27,653 nucleotides of DNA from a virus (taxonomy: Duplodnaviria; Caudoviricetes), in IMG/VR virus record IMGVR_UViG_3300020045_004789, positions 1 to 27,653 of that record, one strand, 5' to 3'. Made by a program: the position numbers and the translations under genes. Of the stretch, positions 8,411 to 17,421 are shown piece by piece. Within the stretch, counting starts at the first letter, position 1, and each line of letters starts with the position of its first letter. The notes beneath the pieces were generated by a model. That model was not told the origin of the DNA. It saw only the letters and a program-made list of their open reading frames with translations, and ran no database searches.

Positions 8411-8788
8411 ATGAGTATAGAAATAAAAGGAAAAGGTGCTGTTGGGATTGCAATATCGTACTATTCCCTACGTGGGATGGTGAGCATACCCCTTGAACCA
8501 TGTGATTACAATTTGATCTATGACAATGGACTTGTCTTATTTAGGGTTAAGGTAATCTCTTGTTCGTATAAAACGAAATATGGGATTTATTCCGCCTCTG
8601 TTAAAACCAGCGGAGGTAATCAACCTAAAACAGCAGTTAAAAAATTTAATTCCTGCTCATGCGATGGAGTTTTCATTGTCACATCCGATTTAGATATGTA
8701 TGAAATTCCATCCATTGAAATCAAATGCGGAAGACAGATTTCCCTGAATGTTTATGCTCATTACAAAGTAAATCTTGTTCCGGGTTAG
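8411..8788 (+). CDS. PD-(D/E)XK endonuclease-like protein (I-Ssp6803I / group I intron-associated family), probably catalytically degenerate
   Basis: KG..G.AI.YY...G.VSIPL...DYNLIYD...RVKVIS...SGGN...K.F...D..F...YEIP; canonical YDL and RVQVK read YNL and RVKVI. Confidence 0.65.
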   Translation: MSIEIKGKGAVGIAISYYSLRGMVSIPLEPCDYNLIYDNGLVLFRVKVISCSYKTKYGIYSASVKTSGGNQPKTAVKKFNSCSCDGVFIVTSDLDMYEIPSIEIKCGRQISLNVYAHYKVNLVPG

Positions 8789-8851
8789 CTCAGCGGTGGC
8801 AGCGGCGCCCTGTTAAGGCGTAGGTCGCAAGTTCGAATCTTGCACCCGGAG
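8779..8851 (+). tRNA. tRNA-Asn (anticodon GTT), CCA not encoded
   Basis: Acceptor TCCGGGT/ACCCGGA; anticodon arm GCGCC-CTGTTAA-GGCGT; T arm GCAAG-TTCGAAT-CTTGC; 3-bp D stem. Confidence 0.92.
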
Positions 8852-8879
8852 TTTTGTGGAAAATTTAAGGATTTTTAAT

Positions 8880-9191
8880 ATGCGTGATCCAAACACTTTC
8901 ACATTTTTTTATGTATTGATTCTATTAGTAATATTGATAGTTTTTCTTTTAGTAAGCAGAAAAAAATCAACTCCAAAAACTGATATTTCTGAATTCTCTG
9001 AGATCAAAGATTCATTAAAATATATCTCTAGTGAGATCCGTGAGATTAGAGAACGCCTAATGGCAATTGAAACTTCCTTGATCTTCATGAACATTCCTCA
9101 AGAAGAGGAAAAGCCCTGTTCTGCAAGAAGTGAAGCGGCAAAAAAAATGTGGAGAGCTAGAAAATCCAAAACACTCGAGAAGAGAGGATAG
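8880..9191 (+). CDS. Single-TM plus coiled-coil protein with basic tail
   Basis: ATG 8880 after AAGGA; FFYVLILLVILIVFLLV TM; EIREIRERLMAIETSL coiled coil. Confidence 0.65.
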   Translation: MRDPNTFTFFYVLILLVILIVFLLVSRKKSTPKTDISEFSEIKDSLKYISSEIREIRERLMAIETSLIFMNIPQEEEKPCSARSEAAKKMWRARKSKTLEKRG

Positions 9192-9195
9192 GTCC

Positions 9196-9393
9196 ATGAA
9201 GATAACGGCTAATAATTTTTTTATTTTTCCTGCCTTGATTTGGATTTCCTTTAATGTCATGTGGTTATATTTCAAGTATTCTGAAATGAATAAAAGATTA
9301 ATAAGAATCGAGAATGAGTTGATTTTAAATGGTATTATGCCTTCTGAATTGATCTCTAAGCCACTCTCTGATAAGGATATCCACCATTCTTAA
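9196..9393 (+). CDS. Single-TM plus short coiled-coil protein (65 aa)
   Basis: ATG 9196 after GAGGATAGG; TM followed by EMNKRLIRIENELIL, similar to the upstream ORF. Confidence 0.6.
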   Translation: MKITANNFFIFPALIWISFNVMWLYFKYSEMNKRLIRIENELILNGIMPSELISKPLSDKDIHHS

Positions 9394-9829
9394 TCAGGGT
9401 ATACATTGAAGCGCCAAGGGAAGGGACTTTACCTTTCCACCACTTACCCCATTTATTCTGACCATCTGTTCTAGCGGGGATTGCTCCTCGCTTGAATAGT
9501 TCGAAGATGACCCGGGGCACTCCTCCGTATTCGTAAACTGGGCCTTGACCTAAACCATCATTGCCTTGGAATTTAACGAGTAACTTTCCGCTGTCCTCAT
9601 CGAAATTGAATCCATAAACATTGCTACTTGGCATTTGGGCTGGAGGGACTTCTGGGACCTGAGGCGCTTCAATTGGGGTTTCTTCCTGAGCCATCTTAGC
9701 TTGTGCCAAAAATTTCAGACCCTCACGGATAAAATCTTCCACGACGCGTGCTTCTTCGTCTGTCAATTCATTAGCAGACGCTTGCACTAATTGCATATAC
9801 ATCTCCAGAAATTGAGCAAATTCGTCCAT
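9356..9829 (-). CDS. KTSC domain-containing protein
   Basis: SSNVYGFNFDEDSGKLLVKF...VYEYGGVP...SLGASMYTLIK..YPYQRV matches the KTSC pattern; acidic helical N-terminus. Confidence 0.8.
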   Translation of the reverse strand: MDEFAQFLEMYMQLVQASANELTDEEARVVEDFIREGLKFLAQAKMAQEETPIEAPQVPEVPPAQMPSSNVYGFNFDEDSGKLLVKFQGNDGLGQGPVYEYGGVPRVIFELFKRGAIPARTDGQNKWGKWWKGKVPSLGASMYTLIKNGGYPYQRVA

Positions 9830-10405
9830 TTATCTACCCTGATTTAGCCTTTGTAGCATTGCTAATCCTTCCTGAGTAAGTTGGATCAACCGACTCTTTT
9901 CATTAGCTTGACCATATTCAGCTTGGTGGGCTTCTTCTAATTGCTGACGCAAAGGCTTTTTTTTCTGAGGCGCCGATTGAGAAGGAGCTTGAGCATTAGG
10001 AATGCTTTGTGTCTGCATGGAAGGAGAGCCCTCTTCTGGCATAGCTTGAGAAACAGCTTGTGCTGCCACTCCAGGCATTCCCCCTGCTAAAGCTGCGCCT
10101 CCATATGCTGCGATACTTCTTGCCACTTTTCCGGGTATCTGCGCATTGCTTATCTGACTTTTAGCTGCCATTTCATCGGGACGTAAGGTTCCTTGTTGAG
10201 CACCTTTTTCCAATTGGCTTTCAAATGATTGAGAGGATTCATTTTCAAACCTATCCTTTAGATAATCCAAAGCATTATTTGCGTCATACCCATAAGCCGC
10301 AGCGGTAGTGAAATAGTTTTTGAACTTGGGATTTACCTTTTGGAGAAGCTTTACCCCCACAGATGCTGGTAGATATTTTATTGCTCCCATAATTGGCGCG
10401 ACCAT
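9830..10405 (-). CDS. Putative internal virion / ejection protein (191 aa)
   Basis: Gln/Ala-rich helical protein, position after the ejection-like genes. Confidence 0.5.
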   Translation of the reverse strand: MVAPIMGAIKYLPASVGVKLLQKVNPKFKNYFTTAAAYGYDANNALDYLKDRFENESSQSFESQLEKGAQQGTLRPDEMAAKSQISNAQIPGKVARSIAAYGGAALAGGMPGVAAQAVSQAMPEEGSPSMQTQSIPNAQAPSQSAPQKKKPLRQQLEEAHQAEYGQANEKSRLIQLTQEGLAMLQRLNQGR

Positions 10406-10411
10406 ATAACC

Positions 10412-11638
10412 TCATAAAGTATTGTATAAAATATCGCCTAACATCGAATTACTCGAAGGTTTTTGTCTCTGTCTCTGTTGTTTGGGTGTCAATGCAATTT
10501 TACCCTCATCTTCCAGCTCTGATACTCTCTCTAAGAATTGATTTACGTCATAGCGTTTATCCCTGAGCTTATGAGCAATTGAAAGAATGTTATCGTCGGG
10601 TTCAATATTTTCAATTATCGAATCTAGAGTTTTCTTGGGAAGAGGACGCACATCGACAAAGATGGTGCTTTTCAGAGGATCTAGAACCTTATTTATGTCT
10701 TTATTTTTTAAAGGATCTAAGACCGCAGCAGCTTGCATAGGAGTGATTCCTAACGCACTCGTCGCTATATCGTCAAATTGTTCTCCAAAGCCATATTTAT
10801 CAAATTGCTTCTTTTGCTCTCTCAGTTCACGCGTCTTCTCACTCGAAGGTTTTAACCAGTTGGAAATTGCCCCAGTAGTTTTTGTTTGGGTGACTGTTTT
10901 TCCCAACTCTTTTCCGATATCAGCTATTTCTTGTTGCGCAGCTTCAGGGGTTAAACCCTTCACTCCAACGAGATATTCTCCTTGATCCAATAAAGCATTT
11001 TTAATCTCGCCAGACACATCTTGGAATTGAGCAAAACCCCCTTTTTGGAGATCATTGGTTAAACGAGTTTCAAGTCCCGTTCTGAATGAGCCTAATTTCT
11101 CTCTCTGTGCCACTAAATTCTGCTTAAGTTCATTATAGGCTTGTGCTTCTGCATCCCTCTCGTTTAATGCAATTCCTGACTCAATATTTCTAATTGCCAA
11201 ATCCCGAACATCTTCCTTTGAAGGTTCTTGCTGAATAGATTGCTTGTAATTTTTAAGTTGTGAGGCTGATGCAAATCCTCCCTTACCTTGAGGTTCAATT
11301 GCAGATATTGGTTTTCCTTTCTCAGTAATATCAGCCTGTTTTGCTTGTGGGACTTCTTGGATAGGCTTACCGAAATTCTTTCTATAGGCTGCTGTCTGCT
11401 GAGATTCTCTAAGAACGGGAAGAAATGAGGAAACTTGTTCAGGAGTAAAACCAGACTTAATAAGTCCCGCAGTCTGTTGAATTGGACTTAAATTAGCGCC
11501 TTCTTTATTTAACTTTTCAAGGCCCGAAGATAGGCGATAACGTTCCATTTCTTTTGGAATTTGTTCAGAAAGACCCTTTCCAAATCCTCTTCCGATTCGT
11601 CCAGCGATATTCCCAGTTTCTTGTATAATTTGGACCAT
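10412..11638 (-). CDS. Putative DNA ejection protein (408 aa; position of P22 gp20)
   Basis: N-terminal GRIGRGFGKGL amphipathic Gly motif, helical body, synteny. Confidence 0.6.
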   Translation of the reverse strand: MVQIIQETGNIAGRIGRGFGKGLSEQIPKEMERYRLSSGLEKLNKEGANLSPIQQTAGLIKSGFTPEQVSSFLPVLRESQQTAAYRKNFGKPIQEVPQAKQADITEKGKPISAIEPQGKGGFASASQLKNYKQSIQQEPSKEDVRDLAIRNIESGIALNERDAEAQAYNELKQNLVAQREKLGSFRTGLETRLTNDLQKGGFAQFQDVSGEIKNALLDQGEYLVGVKGLTPEAAQQEIADIGKELGKTVTQTKTTGAISNWLKPSSEKTRELREQKKQFDKYGFGEQFDDIATSALGITPMQAAAVLDPLKNKDINKVLDPLKSTIFVDVRPLPKKTLDSIIENIEPDDNILSIAHKLRDKRYDVNQFLERVSELEDEGKIALTPKQQRQRQKPSSNSMLGDILYNTL

Positions 11639-11647
11639 AATTACTCC

Positions 11648-12265
11648 TTAGAAGGCTGGCCCCGCGGCACCAGAATCCATTATTCCTTTTGACTGACCAT
11701 ATGGAGAGGACTTTCCAAATTTAGACGATAACCAGTTTCCAGCCTGTCCACCTAATTTTCCTAACATTGGGCCTCCAAACATCGACAAAGCTTGACCAGC
11801 TAGAGGTGCTACTTGTTCTAAGAACCCTGGTTGGCCAGGATTGTAGATGTTTTCATTACGTTGCTGCAATCCACTCTCTCCGAGGCCCATCAATCCAGCA
11901 GCCCCTTGCTGCCTTAATTGCGCTCTAATCGCTCCAAGCCTTTCGGACAGATCTGTCCCAGCATTAACAGCAGCATTGCGAAATCCTGAGCTAGACAGAC
12001 CGCCAGAACCCATTCCTGCAAACTGTTCGGAAAGTCCAGGGATTATTTGCTCTCGAAATTGTCGCATCTCTGGGGCTGCCATCCCTTGAAAGGTGCTATT
12101 GTCATCGCCTAAAAGACTGCGATAGTAATCCGCCGCCTGACCAAACGCTCCACCCGCTCCTTGACCTTGCGCTGCCGCTAACTGTTGTTGATAGAGGGGT
12201 TGTTGCTCTTTACCTACGGTCGATAATTGCTTGTAACCGCCCTTTGTACCAGTGAGGAATCCCAT
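11648..12265 (-). CDS. Putative DNA ejection/pilot protein (205 aa; P22 gp7 / T7 gp14-like)
   Basis: Gly/Ala/Gln-rich with MGFLTG start and GLSSSG motif; follows the tail genes. Confidence 0.65.
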   Translation of the reverse strand: MGFLTGTKGGYKQLSTVGKEQQPLYQQQLAAAQGQGAGGAFGQAADYYRSLLGDDNSTFQGMAAPEMRQFREQIIPGLSEQFAGMGSGGLSSSGFRNAAVNAGTDLSERLGAIRAQLRQQGAAGLMGLGESGLQQRNENIYNPGQPGFLEQVAPLAGQALSMFGGPMLGKLGGQAGNWLSSKFGKSSPYGQSKGIMDSGAAGPAF

Positions 12266-12272
12266 AAGTCAC

Positions 12273-12791
12273 CTATTGTTCCTGTATATATTCGCATACC
12301 ACGAATACTCTTGTGTATGTGCTATAGTTTATAGCAGTTGTTATATTTATATTCGTGTTGTCCATTGTAATCTTAATGTTTTCATTTAGAGTCGGGGAGG
12401 AAAATGGAATAGGAATGGCTGCAAAGGCTTGAGGAGGGGCAACAATGGGAGGTTGCGTAGCTGCTGCCCATAAATCTATCAAAGTAAAATTTGCATCGCA
12501 GGTTATTCCATGTGCCACTGATTTTAATCCCGCATTTGGCAAAGCGCCAAAATCAATCACCTTTCTAAACACAGATCTATATTCTTGATTAGCATTGGCA
12601 CTTGGTATGAACTGTTGACCTGATAATAATTCTTCATCAAGAAGCCATCCGATAGTACGGATATTGACAGCATTGGTTATTTCCTTGAGATGCTCAATGA
12701 GAAACTGTCTTCCTTCTTCCCATGTTTCTGGTACAGTGTCGTAGACTGGTACATAGGCATCAAAGAATGTACTATCTTGTGGGGTTGTCAT
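12273..12791 (-). CDS. Tail-associated structural protein (172 aa)
   Basis: RKVIDFGALPNAGLKSVAHGI...IPIP...VVCEY motif of phage tail beta domains; TAATG coupling. Confidence 0.65.
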   Translation of the reverse strand: MTTPQDSTFFDAYVPVYDTVPETWEEGRQFLIEHLKEITNAVNIRTIGWLLDEELLSGQQFIPSANANQEYRSVFRKVIDFGALPNAGLKSVAHGITCDANFTLIDLWAAATQPPIVAPPQAFAAIPIPFSSPTLNENIKITMDNTNINITTAINYSTYTRVFVVCEYIQEQ

Positions 12792-13381
12792 TATTCAAGC
12801 CTAATCATTTGGAGTGTCCACCTAATTTCATTTAACGTCGTGGCTGGAAGGGTATTTTTGATTCTTAGCACGGCTCCTGCTACCACCCCTTCTATTCCTA
12901 CAATAGAAAGATAGTTTGTCACTAACAGAGTCGCTCCATTCCAAACAGCATAGACTTGTTGAAACCCATTTCCTGTTAAATTTGCAGCATAAAGTATTGC
13001 CATAGCTCTGGGCAATCCAGTAAAATCAAGAACATCCGCTGTCGCATTAGGAGCTAACGAAATGGCGGCGGCTTGAGACTGCCGAGTTGTAATTGGAGAG
13101 GGAACCACATTATTTGGTCCTCTTGAGTATTGAATTACTCCAACATTTGCTGAATCCTGCATTGCATAAAGTATTGGGTTAGCCCCTGTGGCTGGATGCG
13201 CAGATCCCACTATGAGAGGTGTAGTGATCTTATTATGGAATCCCAAATTTGCTGTGGAGACAGTAAAAGCATAATGATCGATCCCGTAAGTTGTATCTAA
13301 CTGTTGGAAATTTCCCAATAAGTCCACTTGTGAATCATCTAAATTATCTGTTGGCTGAGGAATATTTGCTTTATAAACCAT
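12791..13381 (-). CDS. Tail-associated structural protein (196 aa)
   Basis: IPQPTDNLDDSQVDLLGNFQQL..DH..G.H N-terminal motif; operon position. Confidence 0.65.
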   Translation of the reverse strand: MVYKANIPQPTDNLDDSQVDLLGNFQQLDTTYGIDHYAFTVSTANLGFHNKITTPLIVGSAHPATGANPILYAMQDSANVGVIQYSRGPNNVVPSPITTRQSQAAAISLAPNATADVLDFTGLPRAMAILYAANLTGNGFQQVYAVWNGATLLVTNYLSIVGIEGVVAGAVLRIKNTLPATTLNEIRWTLQMIRLE

Positions 13382-13383
13382 TT

Positions 13384-15936
13384 TTAAACTCCTGGGGGCA
13401 TTTGTCGGCCCGCTTTTCTAATATATAATATTTGAGCATCAATCTGAACATCGCTTTCTTGTTCGATTCCAACCAACTGAGCCTTGGAAAGTAGCCATTC
13501 TAATGTGATAAATGCCCCACGAACTGGACAAAAGACTCTATACCAATTCTTAGAGGTCGCAATTCCTCCTAGAGTATACGTAGGAACCACCGAATTAAAG
13601 AATGTATCAGGAGCCAAAGTATCAGGATTTTGATTCTGAGGAGCTATATTGATCGGCGAGTTATTGTTGTAGTCCAGGTAGGTATTCAATGAAATCGCTC
13701 CAGCTTCCGTAGCGCTCATCAAGATGTCGATGAATCCCAATTGAATATTCTGCCCCTCGTCAAGGAAGTTAAACTTTTTGCTTATGATACTGAATCCATC
13801 TCTAATGGCGATTTGCCCCCCTCCAATATAGGTATCTGGAGCATCTAATTGAGGGGAGCTAAATTGCTGTGTAGATGGATTGTATTTCCAAAGTTCAAAA
13901 TTGTCTTTATCCACCACAATAATAGCGAAGATATTTCTTCCCTGACTTGTCCAGCTTCCACCAACGGTATACGCGGTGTATCCGGTAGAATCAGTATTGT
14001 CTAATGTGAATGTATTGGCACCAGTAACGGTAATAGTATAAACATTACCATTAAGCTGAGTCATCCCACCTACACCTTCTATTTTTACGCTATCACCCGT
14101 TGTTAATCGATGTAATGTGCTGGTGATTTGGCAAGGATTTGCTTGAGTGGCGCCTGTAATCAATCCAGCTTGTGGATTATTCAAAGAAGAGGCGAATGGA
14201 GTGCCTATCGGAATTTCTTTGATGCTTATCACATAGCCGTCTTGCATATTGTGATCTATGCAAGTTATTACTGTAGGTGTTGTGGTATTGCCTGTGACGT
14301 TAGAAACAGATAAGCTCACATCAGCGGATACTTTCGGCTGAAGGTTGGAAGAGAGATATTCTACGTATCCTTCTTGGTTTCCTCCTACAATAGAGGGAAA
14401 TTGAGAAGGAATATCTAACCATGGAAAATCTGCTTCTGACCATGGGAAAGGGGATGTATTCCATTTTCTTTGAACTGGATTTTGAAATGTTCCCAGTGTC
14501 GTTAACGAATCTGTAAAGATAGCCCATGAATCATTTTCATAGTTGTACACAAGGCGCCTGTTTGGGAATACTACTGAAAATCCATCGCCTGGATTAAAAT
14601 GGAATGTCCAATATGCTAAACGCTGTTGGAAATCTCTTATTCCATGAACCCGATTGGTCCCATTATTCTCATTCTTAAATTCAAATACCAGGTCAGGTAT
14701 TTTTATGTCGATGCGCTCCGACTTAAAGCTGTCACATTGCACTACACCTTTATCGCCAATGCCTACCAAGGAAGTATCAAATTGGACTGCGCTAAATGTT
14801 CCTTCGGCACCAAGTTCACTATTGACCTTCTCGATTTGGAATGGAGCTATTGCACGTCCCGTGTATCTAAGCTGCCAGGTGCTTCGCTCGCAATAGATAA
14901 CTAGGTTGTCACGAACGAATCCTACAGAAATGATATTCTCAGAGGTGGGGATATCTAGAAAGCCTCCTTGGCCTCTAATATCATCTCTCCAAGCATTTGC
15001 ATTGATATCAGCAGGAAGAGGAAATAAAGCGCTCACAGTAGAAATAGGGTTTCCAATAGCACACCATCGGATTCGTTGTCTATATTGGATTGAGGTAGCT
15101 AGATTAGCCCCTTCATAGGTGTTGAAAACCACCATCCTCCCTCGGAAAGGAAGCATAGCCAGACATTGAGCAAGCACATTTCCTGCTGCATCGATAGTTG
15201 GTGCAAAATCTATCCACACACTTGAATCGGTATATCGAATAGGATCTCCACCAGTCCCAGAGAAATTTGTCGCCCAGAAAAGTTTGGAATTGTTAGGAGC
15301 TGGCGTTACCCAATAATTTGTAGTCCAGAAAAAATCAGAATCACTTCCTGTCCAGGTCGTTCCGACAATAAATTCTTGCCATCCAGAGGAAAACTTGTAG
15401 GCATAAACCTGATCGAAGGCGATCAACTGTTCATTATTGATATTGTTAAGTTCACGTGATCGTAGTCCCATCACAGGAAGAGCGGGGAAGTAATTAAAAT
15501 CTATAGTGACAGCAATCCCGGCAAGGTTGGGATTGGTATTGATCGTAAGAGCAGTAGTGGCATAGTTAATGGTTCCGGTACCTCCTGCCCCATTGGTAAG
15601 AGTTCCATTAGCAGGAGTTGACTCAGTAAATGTTTGTGCACCTACATATACTGTTACCGACCCCGGTTCTATGGTTGCGTTTGCTTCGAGTGATAAGATA
15701 GCAATTAAATTTCCTGAAAAATTCCCGGCGCCATCGGTATTCCCGAGTGCTTGTGCTGTCAAAACCCTGCGAAGTCTTCCTAATAGCTGGTAGCCTTGCT
15801 TGCGCTTGATTCTCTCTCTCCAAACATAGGCATTTTCAAGAGTTGGATAGGCATCGTTGGGTAATAGGAATTCCTCACGCGACTGGACTAGGCCGGTCTC
15901 ATTGCCAGTGATTTTTAGTGGAGTATATCCGCTCAT
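13384..15936 (-). CDS. Tail nozzle / tail tubular protein B-like (850 aa) with inserted E1-FCCH-like domains
   Basis: Beta-propeller-like blades (FRGRMVVFN, RIRWCAIGNP, VRDNLVIYCERSTWQL, YNYENDSW); follows the adaptor gene as in podoviruses. Confidence 0.75.
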   Translation of the reverse strand: MSGYTPLKITGNETGLVQSREEFLLPNDAYPTLENAYVWRERIKRKQGYQLLGRLRRVLTAQALGNTDGAGNFSGNLIAILSLEANATIEPGSVTVYVGAQTFTESTPANGTLTNGAGGTGTINYATTALTINTNPNLAGIAVTIDFNYFPALPVMGLRSRELNNINNEQLIAFDQVYAYKFSSGWQEFIVGTTWTGSDSDFFWTTNYWVTPAPNNSKLFWATNFSGTGGDPIRYTDSSVWIDFAPTIDAAGNVLAQCLAMLPFRGRMVVFNTYEGANLATSIQYRQRIRWCAIGNPISTVSALFPLPADINANAWRDDIRGQGGFLDIPTSENIISVGFVRDNLVIYCERSTWQLRYTGRAIAPFQIEKVNSELGAEGTFSAVQFDTSLVGIGDKGVVQCDSFKSERIDIKIPDLVFEFKNENNGTNRVHGIRDFQQRLAYWTFHFNPGDGFSVVFPNRRLVYNYENDSWAIFTDSLTTLGTFQNPVQRKWNTSPFPWSEADFPWLDIPSQFPSIVGGNQEGYVEYLSSNLQPKVSADVSLSVSNVTGNTTTPTVITCIDHNMQDGYVISIKEIPIGTPFASSLNNPQAGLITGATQANPCQITSTLHRLTTGDSVKIEGVGGMTQLNGNVYTITVTGANTFTLDNTDSTGYTAYTVGGSWTSQGRNIFAIIVVDKDNFELWKYNPSTQQFSSPQLDAPDTYIGGGQIAIRDGFSIISKKFNFLDEGQNIQLGFIDILMSATEAGAISLNTYLDYNNNSPINIAPQNQNPDTLAPDTFFNSVVPTYTLGGIATSKNWYRVFCPVRGAFITLEWLLSKAQLVGIEQESDVQIDAQILYIRKAGRQMPPGV

Positions 15937-16986
15937 CTAGTATCCTTGATTCCATCCAAAATTTGCACCATTTTGCTGAACAGTTCCAGAGTAAATAGTA
16001 GCATTCCTCTGACCGATCTCTTCGACACCTTGTCTTTCCAATACCATCGCTTCTTGTCTTTTAAATCCTTCCATTAGATTGGCCACCCCATCCATATCTT
16101 GTCGCTGTCTTAGGATCTCCATAGCCACTCCATAGGCTATATATTGGACCCATTGATTGAGTATGGGACTATCGGAAGTGAGCATGAACTGAACGGGAGT
16201 GAGGTATGTTTCTATCTCTACCTTATGGATAAATTTAGGAACTGGGCGCACTGTAAATTCATTGTTCCAAAACAGCAGAGATTGAGGTCTTCCGGTTTGA
16301 TACTGAGCCACTCTAAGCGTCATCTGAGTTCCAGATGCCGGGATATATCCTGCGGGAAAAGTAATTGAAAATTGACCAGTTACATAGTTAACGGTGCCTA
16401 TCGTTGTAACGATGTCTTGGCCTGGATTTGCTGTATTAAGATTTTTCATTCCTGGAGCTGGAGAAGTTTGCACGGGAACTGAAACGACAGGATTTGGAAC
16501 TTGCAGTTGCATATTTCCATTCCCATCGTCGGCCACAGAGATTGCATTTCCACCGACCGCTACACCACCCAAAGTCACCTGTTGACTTAGGAATGGCCCA
16601 GGCACAGTAAATGCAAATGTTGCGGTAACACCATCTCCAGTGATCGGTTTAAATTGAGTGGTATAACGCGTCCACATATTGAAGAATTGATTCCTGTCCT
16701 TGAAGAATGTCCCCTGGATTCCATCCACGTACATCGGTGCGCGTACCCCTTGGTTGAAATTCACATCTAGGGGGTATCTATCAATATTTGGACGCGTATA
16801 AAAAGTATAAACTGATCGCATCTGATCTAGTTTTATGGAATAGGGAAAATCTGAGCTGTAGAACATATTGACTTGCTGCTGAATGTCCACTGATCTTAGA
16901 GCAGATTCCGAAGAGGAGGCAGTATAACGCCTCACTAGTCTTTCTATCTGAGAATAGGTATTATCAGCAGGTACTACAACGCTCAT
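15937..16986 (-). CDS. Head-tail adaptor / tail tubular protein A-like (349 aa)
   Basis: Helical N- and C-termini; GRPQSLLFW...VRPVPKFIHKVEI and QYIAYGVAMEIL motifs; synteny. Confidence 0.7.
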   Translation of the reverse strand: MSVVVPADNTYSQIERLVRRYTASSSESALRSVDIQQQVNMFYSSDFPYSIKLDQMRSVYTFYTRPNIDRYPLDVNFNQGVRAPMYVDGIQGTFFKDRNQFFNMWTRYTTQFKPITGDGVTATFAFTVPGPFLSQQVTLGGVAVGGNAISVADDGNGNMQLQVPNPVVSVPVQTSPAPGMKNLNTANPGQDIVTTIGTVNYVTGQFSITFPAGYIPASGTQMTLRVAQYQTGRPQSLLFWNNEFTVRPVPKFIHKVEIETYLTPVQFMLTSDSPILNQWVQYIAYGVAMEILRQRQDMDGVANLMEGFKRQEAMVLERQGVEEIGQRNATIYSGTVQQNGANFGWNQGY

Positions 16987-16999
16987 ATTCCCTCAATTG

Positions 17000-17407
17000 T
17001 TAAAATCCTATAGCTACAACTCTGTGAATCGGATCTTCTAACTGATCTGTTTCTAAAGGCTGTCCGTTAGGACCAATTAATCCAGATCTTTTCATCTGTC
17101 TTTTCTTTGGATCGTTGATATCTTCGGCGAGGCCTCTAGGGATTTCATAAGTCTCCCCATGAAGAAATCTCCAAAACGTGATAGGCTGTCCTGCATATTT
17201 CATGTATGGACGCTCTAAGCGTTCATTCTTTCCATCTTTATGAAGGTATTGTACTTTCACGAGTTCTTCGTCCTTCTTCTTCAACGCTTCCATCTTGGGT
17301 TTGTTCTTTTCAGAAAAATGCTTAAAGCCATTGTCTGGAACTGAATTTCCCACAGTATTGATAAGTCCGTGTTGCAATCCGTTAGATGCTATTTTTGTTA
17401 AACTCAT
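17000..17407 (-). CDS. Hypothetical phage protein (135 aa)
   Basis: SD AAGGAG; GETYEIPRGLAEDIN motif; operon position. Confidence 0.7.
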   Translation of the reverse strand: MSLTKIASNGLQHGLINTVGNSVPDNGFKHFSEKNKPKMEALKKKDEELVKVQYLHKDGKNERLERPYMKYAGQPITFWRFLHGETYEIPRGLAEDINDPKKRQMKRSGLIGPNGQPLETDQLEDPIHRVVAIGF

Positions 17408-17421
17408 AATTTTTCTCCTTT

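Noticed and set aside
8779-8851. tRNA as a prophage attachment site or boundary
   Set aside because: Phage structural genes continue on both sides; no integrase or duplicated tRNA 3' end in the window
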